DNA of 64,000 nt, taken from Gemmatimonadota bacterium (GTDB lineage: Bacteria > Gemmatimonadota > Gemmatimonadetes > Longimicrobiales > Gaopeijiaceae). A program made the translations under genes and the position numbers. The notes under the pieces are model-generated. The model was not told the origin of the DNA. It did not search any database and worked only from the letters and a program-made list of their open reading frames with translations. Every line of letters starts with the position of its first letter. Positions within the stretch are counted from its first letter, which is position 1. Where the stretch lies: NCBI GenBank assembly GCA_034521595.1, contig JAXHMG010000003.1:32001-96000 (forward strand), written 5' to 3'. Of the stretch, positions 50,280 to 60,356 are shown in pieces.

Positions 50280-50876
50280 ATGAAGCGCATCGTGTTCGTG
50301 TTGCTCACTCTCGCGCTCGCACCCGGCGCCGCGTCGTCCCAGATCGTCTGGGACGCACCGACCATGCTCCGCCCGGGCGCGCCGTCCGGGCTGTCCGTGC
50401 TGCTTCTCGAGCCGTACCCGGGCAACGAGTTCGGGGCACTCGCCGTCTGGCGGCAGTCGCCGGCGCCGGTGGGACTCGGGCTCCGGGCCGGCGTCGCGGA
50501 GGACGCGGGCGGTGAGCTTGCGGCGTTGTTCGGTCTCGACGTGTCCGGGCCCCTCTCCAGCCTGGAGGGCGGTGGTGATCCGGGGATGATGTGGTGGGCC
50601 GGTGCCGGGTTGGGGGTGGGTGACGAGCTGGTCGCGACGTTTCCGGCCGGGATCGTGCTCGGCTGGAATCTCGAGAGCGATGGCGTGGTGTTCTCACCCA
50701 ACGTCGGGGGTCACATCGCGCTCGACATATTGACCGGCCCGGGGGACGACCTCGACCTCGACGGTGCCTTCGACCTGGGCGTGGATCTCGGGTTCAGCTC
50801 GGGGATCCAGGCGAGGTTCGGCGCCTCGCTCGGGGGACGTGAAGCTCTGGCCATCGGGCTCAGGCTGCCCATGTAG
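50280..50876 (+). CDS. Hypothetical outer-membrane beta-barrel-like protein
   Basis: GGAGA RBS, signal peptide, alternating beta-strand pattern. Confidence 0.65.
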   Translation: MKRIVFVLLTLALAPGAASSQIVWDAPTMLRPGAPSGLSVLLLEPYPGNEFGALAVWRQSPAPVGLGLRAGVAEDAGGELAALFGLDVSGPLSSLEGGGDPGMMWWAGAGLGVGDELVATFPAGIVLGWNLESDGVVFSPNVGGHIALDILTGPGDDLDLDGAFDLGVDLGFSSGIQARFGASLGGREALAIGLRLPM

Positions 50877-50893
50877 CGCCGGTCGGAAGGCAC

Positions 50894-52504
50894 TCATCCG
50901 CCGGGCTGGAGGGGAGGCGTCGTGTCGGGCGGCCGGCGGTGCCCGGTCACTCGTTCGAAAGCGCGTGCTATGCGGATCAGCGTGGCTTCGTCCCAGGCCT
51001 TGCCCATGATTTGAAGGCCCGTTGGAAGAGCACCGTTTCGCACGAAGCCCATGGGAACGGTCATCGCCGGGAACCCCGTGGGCGGCGACAGGGCCTGGCT
51101 GTTGTTCCCGTGCGGGGTGGTCAGGTCTCCGATGAGCCTCGGTGGGTTGTTCCACGTCGGGTAGACGAGCGCCTGGACGTCGTGACTGTCCATCGCGCTG
51201 CGCACCGCGTCACGAAGCCGCTCCTCGTTGCGGGCGGCCTCCCGGCATCGCTCGTCCTCGTCCGGTGGAACGGAGTCGCGGCTCAGGATCCCACGGATCC
51301 GCGGCATGACGGTAACATGGACTTCTCCACTTTCCTCGATCTGCCGCAAGGTGCGCACCGGTGGGTCGGGAAGCGTCGCCAGATACCGCTCGAGGTCGTG
51401 TCGGAAGCGCGAGCATCCGAGCCCTTCTCTCAGATCGTCCAGGTCGGGAATCCGGAAATCGGTTGCCACCCCTGCGCCCAGGGCGCGGAGCGTGTCGAGG
51501 GCGTCCGTGAAGCGCGCGAGCACCTCCGGGTCCGCGGTGCGTGTGTATGCGAGCTGGCCGACGACTCCGATCCGGACACCGGTCAGATCAGCGCCCATGG
51601 CGTCGAGATAGCTCTTGGCCCGACGGTCATCGGCTTCCGCGGTGACGGCATCGGCGGAATCGGTGCCGGCGATGACGTCCAGGACCCGGACCGCGTCTTC
51701 CACCGTCCGCGCCAACGGGCCGCCGACGTCGCGCGTGGCGGAGAGCGGAACGATGCCGTCGCGGCTCGTCAGGCCCTGGGTCGAGCGGACGCCCACGAGG
51801 GCAGTGTGACTGGCCGGCCCCCGGATCGAGTTCCCGGTATCGGTTCCGAGCCCGACGAGCCCGAAATTCGCAGCGATCGCGGCCGCCGTCCCGCCGGACG
51901 AGCCCGCGGGCACACGGTTCAGCGCGTACGGATTGAACGTGTACCCCGGGAGCGCCGAGCCGATGGTCTCGTAGGGGGTGAAGGCGAACTCGGCCATGTT
52001 CGATTTGGCGAGCACGATCGCTCCGGCTTCCCGGATTCGTCGCACCTGGTGCGCGTCGTCCGCCGGGACGGATCCCTCCAGCGCCGCGGACCCCGCCGTG
52101 GTCGGCATGTCGTGCGTGTCGTAGTTGTCCTTGACGATGAACGGGACCCCGTGGAGAGGCCCGCTCAGCCGCCCGGTGCGGCCGAACCGGGCATCCAGCG
52201 AGTCGGCCCGCTCGAGCGCGCGCGGGTTCAGCCGGAGAATCGCGTTCAGGGAAGGTCCGTTCCGGTCGTATGCATCGATCCGGCGCAGGTAGGCGACCAC
52301 CAGATCGCGGGTGGTGAGGGTGCCTGCCCGCATGGCGCTGTGGGCCCGCTCGATGGTGAGTTCCCGGAGCTCGACCCCGCCGACCCGCTGCGCATGGGCC
52401 CGCTCCGGGGTGAGGAAGGCGGTCAAGACCGTGATCGCGAGCGTGAGTGGCAGGAAGGCGAAGCGCGCCCGGTCCGAGCGGATCGGGGGTGCGGGTCGGG
52501 TCAT
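50894..52504 (-). CDS. Amidase signature family protein (secreted)
   Basis: VKDNYDT, GSSGGT, GTDTGNSIRGP; start 52504 or 52540. Confidence 0.9.
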   Translation of the reverse strand: MTRPAPPIRSDRARFAFLPLTLAITVLTAFLTPERAHAQRVGGVELRELTIERAHSAMRAGTLTTRDLVVAYLRRIDAYDRNGPSLNAILRLNPRALERADSLDARFGRTGRLSGPLHGVPFIVKDNYDTHDMPTTAGSAALEGSVPADDAHQVRRIREAGAIVLAKSNMAEFAFTPYETIGSALPGYTFNPYALNRVPAGSSGGTAAAIAANFGLVGLGTDTGNSIRGPASHTALVGVRSTQGLTSRDGIVPLSATRDVGGPLARTVEDAVRVLDVIAGTDSADAVTAEADDRRAKSYLDAMGADLTGVRIGVVGQLAYTRTADPEVLARFTDALDTLRALGAGVATDFRIPDLDDLREGLGCSRFRHDLERYLATLPDPPVRTLRQIEESGEVHVTVMPRIRGILSRDSVPPDEDERCREAARNEERLRDAVRSAMDSHDVQALVYPTWNNPPRLIGDLTTPHGNNSQALSPPTGFPAMTVPMGFVRNGALPTGLQIMGKAWDEATLIRIARAFERVTGHRRPPDTTPPLQPGG

Positions 52505-52536
52505 GAGCGCCGTCGGAATCCTCCGGGCGGTGATGG

Positions 52537-53244
52537 TCATGCGGGCTGGTCTCCCCGTTCCGCGAGCGCTCGGGCACGCGCCCAAACCTGGTCGAACATG
52601 GACTCCGTCAATCTACCCGTGAACGTATTCTGCTGGCTCGGATGATACGATGCGAGCACGGTCGGGAATCCCTCGAGAGGGACCTCGACGCCATGCCCGA
52701 AGTTCGGGCGTGGGCTGGGGACCGGTGCGGAGCGGTCCGCGAACACGCGGAGGACATGGGCGTACGCCATCCCGCCCAGTACCACCACCACGCGTACCGT
52801 GCTCCGGAGGAGGTCCAGCTCGCACTCCAGCCACTCCCGGCACGTCTCCCGTTCGGTCGCCGTGGGCTTGTTGGCGGGAGGAGCGCACCGGACCATGGCG
52901 GTGATCCACACGTCCCGAAGCTCGAGACCGTCGTCCCGTGACACCGCGTCCGGCTGGTTGGCGAGTCCGGCCCGGTGCAGCGCCCCGTACAGCCAGTCGC
53001 CCGAGCGGTCTCCCGTGAACATGCGCCCCGTGCGGTTCGCGCCGTGCGCGGCGGGCGCGAGCCCCAGGACCAGGATTCGTGCTCCGGGATCACCGAACGA
53101 GGGCACCGGCCGGCCCCAATACGACTGCTGCCGGAACGCGGCGCGCTTCTCCTCGGCGACCCGCTCGCGCCAAGCGACGAGGCGTGGGCAGCGGCGGCAG
53201 GCGACGATTCGGTCGTTGAGTGTGTCGAGTTCGGTCGCGGGCAT
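52537..53244 (-). CDS. Uracil-DNA glycosylase, family 5 (UdgB-like)
   Basis: CRRCPRL, GLAPAAHGANRTGRMFTGD, CAPPANKP, YHPSQQN. Confidence 0.92.
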   Translation of the reverse strand: MPATELDTLNDRIVACRRCPRLVAWRERVAEEKRAAFRQQSYWGRPVPSFGDPGARILVLGLAPAAHGANRTGRMFTGDRSGDWLYGALHRAGLANQPDAVSRDDGLELRDVWITAMVRCAPPANKPTATERETCREWLECELDLLRSTVRVVVVLGGMAYAHVLRVFADRSAPVPSPRPNFGHGVEVPLEGFPTVLASYHPSQQNTFTGRLTESMFDQVWARARALAERGDQPA

Positions 53245-53404
53245 CGCGGACGGTGGAGCGTTGAGAGGCGCTGGGTCGGGGTCCGCGAAAGTAGAGGAGG
53301 GGGGCCACGGAGGGACAGGGCGCGGTGGCCCAGACCGGGACGCCGCTGCATGTTCCGGTCCCGCGGGGCAGCCCGTTCCACCAGCCGAGTCGGAGTCCGC
53401 CTGC

Positions 53405-54193
53405 ATGTCCGAAGCCGTGACGTACGGCAAGTACCTCAAGCTCGACGAGCTCCTCTCCCTGCAGCAGCCGAGGGACCGGATGGAGCACGACGAGATGCTC
53501 TTCATCGTCATCCATCAGGTCTACGAGCTCTGGTTCAAGGAAGTGCTGCACGAGCTCGACTACGCGTGCGTGCTCCTGCGGGAGGAAGGGGACGCGGCCC
53601 GTGCGCAGCACACGCTCTTCAGGGTGCTCAAGGTGCTCAAGGTCCTGGTCGCGCAGCTCGACGTGCTGGAGACGATGACGCCCACCGAGTTCCTCACGTT
53701 CCGTGAGCACCTCGATCGGGCCAGCGGCTTCCAGTCGGACCAGTTCCGGGCCCTCGAGTTCGTGCTCGGCCGGAAGCGCCGCGAGAGCGTGGAGCGCTTC
53801 GACGAGGGAACACGAGCCCGAACCGCCCTCGAAGCTCGGTGGAACGAGCCGACCCTCTGGGACGCTTTCCTCCACTACCTCGCGGGTGAAGGGTACGGGG
53901 TCCCGGAGGACCAACTTGCCCGGGATCCGGTCGCGACGATCGAGCCGTCCCCGGCGCTGCAGGACGTGTTGTTGGAGATCTACCGGCGGGACTCCAAGAA
54001 CGCCCAGCTTTGTGAGCACTTCGTGGACTTGGACGAAGGGCTGCAAGAGTGGCGATACCGGCACGTGAAGATGGTCGAGCGGACGATCGGCTCGAAGACG
54101 GGGACCGGCGGGTCGGCGGGCTCCACGTACCTCCACTCCACCTTCGACCAGCCCCTCTTTCCCGATCTCTGGGAGATCCGGGCACGGCTATGA
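53405..54193 (+). CDS. kynA: Tryptophan 2,3-dioxygenase
   Basis: YGKYLKLDELL, HDEMLFIVIHQVYELWFK, ASGFQS, WRYRHVKMVERTIG, GTGGS. Confidence 0.95.
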   Translation: MSEAVTYGKYLKLDELLSLQQPRDRMEHDEMLFIVIHQVYELWFKEVLHELDYACVLLREEGDAARAQHTLFRVLKVLKVLVAQLDVLETMTPTEFLTFREHLDRASGFQSDQFRALEFVLGRKRRESVERFDEGTRARTALEARWNEPTLWDAFLHYLAGEGYGVPEDQLARDPVATIEPSPALQDVLLEIYRRDSKNAQLCEHFVDLDEGLQEWRYRHVKMVERTIGSKTGTGGSAGSTYLHSTFDQPLFPDLWEIRARL

Positions 54194-55446
54194 GTCGGAT
54201 GCACGTCCAGCACGAAAAGCGGGCGGACCTCGAACGGTCGGGTGTCCGGCGGACCGCCGAAGCGTTTCGCACGTCCCCGAACCCGATCGCCGACCGCTAT
54301 TCCCGTTTCCGGGTGAGCGAGCGGCTGCTCCTGACCGGGCATTCGCATCAAGCCTGGCCGGATGCGGCGTTCGAGGGGCAGCAACAGGCTTGGCTCGATG
54401 CGGCCGAATGGGTGGACGACAAGTGGGTGCGAGTGGCCGAGCAGAGTGAGCGGGTCGCCGACGGATATCGCCGACTCATGGGGGGCGTCTCGGGTGATCT
54501 CGCCCTCGATGCCAACACCCACGCGCTCGTCGTACGGTTCCTTTCGGCGCTCCCCCTCCGCGGCCGACCGCGCGTGGTCACGACTGACGCGGAGTTCCAC
54601 ACCATTCGCCGGCAGCTCGACCGGCTGGCCGAGGAAGGCATCGAGGTGGTGAAGGTGCCCGCGGCGCCGGTCGACTCGCTGGCCGAGCGCTTGGCCGACC
54701 GGATCGACGACCGCACGGCGTGCGCGATGTTGTCCTCCGTTCTGTATGCCAGCGGTCTCGTCGTGCCCGGCCTGCCGGTGGTCGCGGACGCGTGCCTCAG
54801 GCACGGGGCCGAGCTCCTCGTGGACGCGTACCACCAGTTGAACGTCGTTCCGTTCGATCCCGCGGGACTCGAGCGCGCGTTCATCGTGGGCGGCGGCTAC
54901 AAGTACTGTCAGATGGGCGAGGGAGTCTGCGTCATGCGTATTCCCGAGGGATGCCGGCTGCGTCCCGTGGTGACGGGTTGGTTCAGCGAGTTCGGGGATG
55001 TGGCCGTGTCGCCCCCTCGGGTCGAGGTTCCCTACGGCGCCGGAGCGGCGCGCTTCGCCGGCTCGACGTTCGATCCCACGTCGCATTATCGCGCGGCCCG
55101 CGTGTTTCGCTTCTTCGAGGAAGAAGAGCTCGACGTGCCTCTGCTCCGGGCCGTCAATCGCCATCAGGTGGATCTCCTCGTCGACACGTTCCGCGGGATC
55201 GACGCCGACCCTTCCGTCGTGTCCCTCGACGAGGACGTGGACGGTGCCTCCCGGGGCGGCTTTCTCGCGCTGCGCGCGCCCGAGGCGGCTGCGCTGTCGG
55301 AGGCGCTCGCCGTACGAGGAGTCCGTACCGACGTCCGCGGAGACGTGCTCCGCTTCGGTCCCGCGCCCTACCTCAGCGACCAGCAGGTCCGTGCCGCGAT
55401 GGAGGCTCTGGGCGAGGTGCTTCGAGAGGATGTCACTCCGGGGTGA
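54190..55446 (+). CDS. kynU: Kynureninase
   Basis: LTGHSHQ, DAYHQ, GGGYKY (PLP Lys), TGWF, RFGPAPY; ATGA-coupled to kynA. Confidence 0.85.
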   Translation: MSRMHVQHEKRADLERSGVRRTAEAFRTSPNPIADRYSRFRVSERLLLTGHSHQAWPDAAFEGQQQAWLDAAEWVDDKWVRVAEQSERVADGYRRLMGGVSGDLALDANTHALVVRFLSALPLRGRPRVVTTDAEFHTIRRQLDRLAEEGIEVVKVPAAPVDSLAERLADRIDDRTACAMLSSVLYASGLVVPGLPVVADACLRHGAELLVDAYHQLNVVPFDPAGLERAFIVGGGYKYCQMGEGVCVMRIPEGCRLRPVVTGWFSEFGDVAVSPPRVEVPYGAGAARFAGSTFDPTSHYRAARVFRFFEEEELDVPLLRAVNRHQVDLLVDTFRGIDADPSVVSLDEDVDGASRGGFLALRAPEAAALSEALAVRGVRTDVRGDVLRFGPAPYLSDQQVRAAMEALGEVLREDVTPG

Positions 55447-55891
55447 TCACGGGACCGAGGTGTGCTTCGTCACCGACCGCGATCTCGCCGTCATCGAGCA
55501 CGACCGCGTAGACGCCGCCGTTCCACGCCGTGGCGAGGGCCTGGGTGAGACCCGGACATTGCAGGTCCATTCGCTCGCACGGACGGGTTTCGCCACGGAT
55601 CCACAGGCGGACCCCACCGAGTGAAAGCGTGCGGCCACGGGTTCCACGTAGCCGCACCCCCCGGACCATCACGTTGGCCCGCCGCATGGACGGATCGGCG
55701 TCGGGGAGGTCTTCGCGGATGCGTTCGAAGACCTCGTGCTCGATCACCGTCACCTGACGCCGGCTGCGGCCGAAGTTCGCGTCCGTCGCGATGCCTTCGC
55801 CCGAGACGAGTCTCGCTCGATCGACGGAATCCATGGGACCGCGCCGGGCGCGCTTGATCCAGATCGCCTCGATCCGGCCCGGGGGTACCAT
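55433..55891 (-). CDS. MOSC domain protein
   Basis: RQVTVI, RRANVMV, ETRPCERMD, GGVYAVV...GEIAVGD. Confidence 0.85.
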   Translation of the reverse strand: MVPPGRIEAIWIKRARRGPMDSVDRARLVSGEGIATDANFGRSRRQVTVIEHEVFERIREDLPDADPSMRRANVMVRGVRLRGTRGRTLSLGGVRLWIRGETRPCERMDLQCPGLTQALATAWNGGVYAVVLDDGEIAVGDEAHLGPVITPE

Positions 55892-55896
55892 GCACT

Positions 55897-57219
55897 TCAC
55901 CGCGGGAGTGACTCTCGGAGGACCCGGAGCGTGTTCCCTCCGAGGATCCGCACGACGTCCTCCTGCGTGAATCCTTCGTTCAGCAGGGCGTCGACAAGGT
56001 GATCCGTTCCCGACGCGTCCACGATCACCGGCACGGCGCCGTCCCAGTCCGAGCCGAGCGCGACGTGCCGAGTTCCCACCCGGTCCGCCGCGTAGCGCAC
56101 GGCCCGGGCCCAGTCGGCGGGGGTCCGACCGCAAATGGCGTCCGGCCACAGGCCGATGCCGATGATCCCCCCCGTGCTCGTGATCGCTTCCAATCGGCCG
56201 TCGTCCAGGTTCCTCGGGCTCGGGCAGGTGCCGTCCACGCCGGTGTGGGAGACCACGACCGGACGGGTCGTCCGAGCGACGACATCGTCGATGAGGGCGG
56301 GGGAGGCATGGGCGAGATCGACGAGCATGCCCAACGCGTCCATGCGGTCCAGGAGTCGCGTGCCGAAGTCGGTCAGCCCGCCCTTCTCGATCCCGTGCGC
56401 GGAGCCGCCCGCCGCATTGTCGAAGAAGTGGGTGAGGCCGATCATGCGAAATCCCGCCTCGAACAGAAGGTCGACGTTGGACGCCGTTCCTTCGAGGGCG
56501 TGGGCCCCTTCCAGGCTGAGCAGCCCCGCCACCGTTCCGTCGCCGGGCGCGTGGCCGGCGAGAAACCCACTCAGGTCGCTTCGTGATTCGATCATCCTCA
56601 GTCGCCCGTTCGCCCTCGCGGCGGTCCGCCGGAGCCGATCCGCCTGGTGGAGCGCTCGCTGGAGCGGGCTTCGCCAAGTCCGGAGGGGCCAGAGCTGGAG
56701 CATCGCCAGGGCGGTGATCTGGTCCGAGTCTCCCGCGTTGGCATGGAGGTTGACCCCCCGAGGCACCTTCGTCACCACGGAGAACACCTGCACCGCCACC
56801 CGTCCTTTCACCAGGCGAGGGAGGTCGATGTGGCCACGCCCCCTCGGCTCGAGCAGGTTCGTGTCCCACAGCAGCGCGTCCGAGTGGAGGTCGACGATGC
56901 GGAGCGTGTCGTGGAGACTCGTCGCCTCCTCCGCCAACGGACCGGACGGATGGGTGGGCGTCGGATTCAGGCGTGCGGTCACCAGGCCCGGACCGAGCCA
57001 GAGGGCGAGGACCGCGGCGGCTCCGAGGGTGAAGAGGGCGAGGAGAAGGATGTGGGGGAGACAGGCGCCGGACGGGCCCGAGACCTCTCGATCGAACGAC
57101 ACGACCTGCCGGATCGGCGTGCGGTGGACGGAGCCCTCGTACAGCTCGTGCCGGAGGGAGCCCACGCCGTCTCCGACGGCCAGGAACGTCTTTTCGCGGG
57201 CTCCCGTTTCGAACATCAT
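55897..57219 (-). CDS. Membrane dipeptidase (M19 family)
   Basis: DLHSD, SLEGAH, LTHF, DLAHAS, SHTG, GSDWDG; start uncertain. Confidence 0.88.
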   Translation of the reverse strand: MMFETGAREKTFLAVGDGVGSLRHELYEGSVHRTPIRQVVSFDREVSGPSGACLPHILLLALFTLGAAAVLALWLGPGLVTARLNPTPTHPSGPLAEEATSLHDTLRIVDLHSDALLWDTNLLEPRGRGHIDLPRLVKGRVAVQVFSVVTKVPRGVNLHANAGDSDQITALAMLQLWPLRTWRSPLQRALHQADRLRRTAARANGRLRMIESRSDLSGFLAGHAPGDGTVAGLLSLEGAHALEGTASNVDLLFEAGFRMIGLTHFFDNAAGGSAHGIEKGGLTDFGTRLLDRMDALGMLVDLAHASPALIDDVVARTTRPVVVSHTGVDGTCPSPRNLDDGRLEAITSTGGIIGIGLWPDAICGRTPADWARAVRYAADRVGTRHVALGSDWDGAVPVIVDASGTDHLVDALLNEGFTQEDVVRILGGNTLRVLRESLPR

Positions 57220-57421
57220 ACCGAGTAGACGCCGTGGCGTGCGCGTGGGCCCATGGCGCCGGTAACGACGCAGATCTCGACTGCCGTCCCGTCGTCGAAC
57301 TGGAGCTCGATGTCCCTGCACCGGGAACAGGTCACGGGCCCTCCGGGATTGCAGAATCGCACGATAAGAGTGCAAAATAATCGCCAACGCCGTCCCCCCA
57401 CCGCAACAGGACGTCCGCCCC

Positions 57422-57919
57422 ATGCGCGTGATCGGTGTCATCTCGGATACCCACGGCCTCCTGAGAGACGAGGCTCTCGCCCGCCTCCAGGGATCCGACC
57501 TCATCCTCCACGCCGGCGATGTCGGCGACATCGGGATCATCCGACGGCTCTCGGAGATCGCTCCGGTGAGAGCCGTCCGGGGGAATACCGACGGAGGAGA
57601 CCTCGCGGAGGCGCTTCCGGAAACCGACGTGATCGACCTCACCTCCCCGCATGGTAGCGTATCGACCGAGGGCCGGGGGCCGCTGGCGTATCTCATGCAC
57701 GGACACCGGGCCCTCGAACTCGACCCGGTCGCTGCCGGCTTCCGGGTGCTCATACACGGACATACGCACCAACCCTCCGTGTCCGAGCGGGACGGGGTGC
57801 TTTACTTCAATCCGGGAAGCGCCGGTCCCCGCCGTTTCAATCTCCCCGTCACCGTGGGGTGTCTCCGGATCGAGGGTCCGGACGTGGCACCGGAGGTCGT
57901 GGATCTGGACGTCGACTGA
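57422..57919 (+). CDS. YfcE-like metallophosphoesterase
   Basis: SDTHG, HAGD, VRGNTD, HGHTH, NPGS. Confidence 0.9.
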   Translation: MRVIGVISDTHGLLRDEALARLQGSDLILHAGDVGDIGIIRRLSEIAPVRAVRGNTDGGDLAEALPETDVIDLTSPHGSVSTEGRGPLAYLMHGHRALELDPVAAGFRVLIHGHTHQPSVSERDGVLYFNPGSAGPRRFNLPVTVGCLRIEGPDVAPEVVDLDVD

Positions 57920-57933
57920 TCCCGGGTGCCTTC

Positions 57934-58731
57934 TCACCGCGCCGACGTATGCCGGTCGAGGCCCGCCTCGCAGCGCACACGGCCCGTGCGCAACGTTTCC
58001 GCGAGCCGGGCCCGACTCTCAGGCACGTGGTCGCGCGGGAGGGTGGGGTGATTCAGGTGATAAAGGATGGCGTGTCCGTACACGAGCTTCCGTCGAAGGC
58101 CGAGGTGATAGAGGCGTGAGGCGAAGTCCGAGTCTTCTCCGATGCCCCATCCCGAGTACGCTTCGTCGAAGCCGTTGACGGCTTCCGCGTCGGTGCGCCA
58201 GCAAGCCAGATTGCACCCGAGGATCCCTCGTTGCTCGGAATTCTCCAAGACGAGCGGCTTGGGCGAGCGCAGCCCTTTGGCCGCCCTGTCGATGCGACCT
58301 CGCACTGCCCACGAGAAGAGGCGCACGCGTTCCGGATCGAACTCGGGCACGTACGGCTCCCGCACGAAGCACCTCCGGCCCTGAACCCAGAAACCGGGCT
58401 CGGCCAGCTTCGCGTGATCGGAGACGAACCGAGGGTGGGGCACACAGTCCGCGTCCGTGAAGATCACGTAATCGCTCGTCACCGCGGCGAGCGCGCGGTT
58501 GAGGATGACCGTTTTGCGGAACCCATCGTCCGCATGCCACAGATGCCGGGCGGGAATGGCGGAGCGTCGGATCCAAGCGTCGACGAGCGTGCGCGTATCC
58601 GCTCCCGATCCGTCGTCCGCCACCAGGACCTCGTCCGGAGGGCGGCGCTGAAGGTCCACGGCCCGGAGGACCTTGGCCAGCACCTCGGTCTGGTTGTAGG
58701 CGCTGATGATCAGCGCGATCGACGTACCCAA
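57934..58731 (-). CDS. Glycosyltransferase family 2
   Basis: ADDGS, FTDADC, GCNL, NGFDEAYSGWG, EDSD. Confidence 0.9.
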   Translation of the reverse strand: MGTSIALIISAYNQTEVLAKVLRAVDLQRRPPDEVLVADDGSGADTRTLVDAWIRRSAIPARHLWHADDGFRKTVILNRALAAVTSDYVIFTDADCVPHPRFVSDHAKLAEPGFWVQGRRCFVREPYVPEFDPERVRLFSWAVRGRIDRAAKGLRSPKPLVLENSEQRGILGCNLACWRTDAEAVNGFDEAYSGWGIGEDSDFASRLYHLGLRRKLVYGHAILYHLNHPTLPRDHVPESRARLAETLRTGRVRCEAGLDRHTSAR

Positions 58732-58738
58732 GGCTCGG

Positions 58739-59830
58739 TCAGAAGGTATCGAGGAGGCGCTGGAGCTCGCGCGCGTCGTCGGTTCGGGAGAGCGCCAACA
58801 TGAGGAGGATCCGGGCCTTGTGGGGTGGAAGATCCGGGGCCAGGAGGGCCCCCAGGGGTGCGGCGGGGTCGCCCACGATCCGGCCGCCCGGCACCCGTGA
58901 CGCCAGCACCACGGGCACGCGCCGCTCGACGGCGTCGAGGATGCCGCGGCGGGTGCCGGGGCTCACGCGGCCGCCCGCGAACGTCGCGACGACGATGCCG
59001 TCCACCTCGCGACCGGCCACGCGTGCGACACGCGAGGCCTCGGCTCCTGTGTAGTCCGTGACGATCGCGACCCGGGGAAGCTCGTCGATGCCGCGGACAT
59101 CGAACGGGCTCTCGGTCGTGTGCGGACGCAGAGCTTTCCGGTGGAACGCGACCGTGTCGGGGTCGGCGTACCCGAGAAAGCCGAGCTCGGGCGAACGGAA
59201 GGTGTCCACACGCTGGTTGTGCGTCTTCCACACATCACGTGCGGCCGCGATGTCCTCGTTGAGCACGACGAGCACCCCGTGCCCCGATGCTTCCGGATCG
59301 ACCGCGACTCGGACCGCGTTGACCAGGTTCGCCGGGCCGTCCGCGGAGATGGCCGTAGCCGAGCGCATGGCGCCCACGAGCACGACGGGGCGCGGATCGC
59401 GCACCGTCAGGTTCAGGAAGAACGCCGTCTCTTCGAGCGTGTCCGTGCCGTGGGTGATGACGATGCCCCGCAGGTCCGGATCGCTCTCGAGCAGGTCGTT
59501 CACCCGACGCGCCAGCGTGAGCCAGTGCTCCGGAGTCATCTGTGAGGAGCCGATGCGGTAGATCTCCTCCACCGTGACGTCCGCGTGGTCGAGCACCGCG
59601 GGCACGGCGGCGACCAGGCTGTCGCCGGCCAACGAGCCGGCGGGTCGGCTGGCGATGGTTCCTCCGGTCGTGATGACGACCACGCGCGGGCGGTCCGGTT
59701 CCTGGGCCTTCAGAGCGCGCCCTTCCGGGAATGCGGTCAGGACCGTGACCGCGACCGCGAGCCCCGCGACCGCGAGCTTCGAGGCGGGACGAGCGCGCGG
59801 AGGTCGCGCCGGGGAGCGAGGCGGAGTCAT
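58739..59830 (-). CDS. L-asparaginase, type II-like (secreted)
   Basis: TTGGTIAS, HGTDTLEETA, SADGPANL. Confidence 0.92.
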   Translation of the reverse strand: MTPPRSPARPPRARPASKLAVAGLAVAVTVLTAFPEGRALKAQEPDRPRVVVITTGGTIASRPAGSLAGDSLVAAVPAVLDHADVTVEEIYRIGSSQMTPEHWLTLARRVNDLLESDPDLRGIVITHGTDTLEETAFFLNLTVRDPRPVVLVGAMRSATAISADGPANLVNAVRVAVDPEASGHGVLVVLNEDIAAARDVWKTHNQRVDTFRSPELGFLGYADPDTVAFHRKALRPHTTESPFDVRGIDELPRVAIVTDYTGAEASRVARVAGREVDGIVVATFAGGRVSPGTRRGILDAVERRVPVVLASRVPGGRIVGDPAAPLGALLAPDLPPHKARILLMLALSRTDDARELQRLLDTF

Positions 59831-59863
59831 ACGGTCGGCATGACGTGGCGGCGCGATACGCCT

Positions 59864-60223
59864 TCAGTTCCGGCTGGCCGAGGCGGGAGGCGGCGTCTCG
59901 GAAAAGCGGGTGACGGCGTGCACGATCCCCCGCGCGGCACGGTCCGGATCGTCGAGTATCACTTCCCGGTCGCGAGGGCTCGTGAGGAAGCCCGTCTCGA
60001 GGATGACCGCGATGGTCATCGGGTGGAGCGCGTGCTCGTAGCGACGGAAGTTGAACGCGTAATAGTTTCGCATTCTCCGTGTGGTCGTCGGGAGCCGGCG
60101 CAGCCCGGTGAGGCTTCCGTAGCTCTCGTCGAGCAGGGCCGCCATGCGATCGGCGCGCCCAGTCGCGTCGCGCCTGAGCGCGGCGGCCCCCACCGCCAGC
60201 TGCAGAGGTCGAAACCGTGTCAC
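59864..60223 (-). CDS. C-terminal fragment of an N-acetylmuramoyl-L-alanine amidase (Amidase_3)-like protein
   Basis: AVILETGFLTSPRD...AARGI resembles the Amidase_3 C-terminus; GGAGA RBS before the GTG; N-terminal Zn ligands absent. Confidence 0.55.
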   Translation of the reverse strand: MTRFRPLQLAVGAAALRRDATGRADRMAALLDESYGSLTGLRRLPTTTRRMRNYYAFNFRRYEHALHPMTIAVILETGFLTSPRDREVILDDPDRAARGIVHAVTRFSETPPPASASRN

Positions 60224-60356
60224 GTTCGTCTCCTGGTCACGTGATGAGGGCGGGTGCGGGGCCCCGACGACGAGGTTAGGGTACCACGCTACGGGCGCGA
60301 CGCCCCGTCGGCAACGCCCCGACTCCCTGTCGAGATTCCCGTCCGAGGAGGATTCC

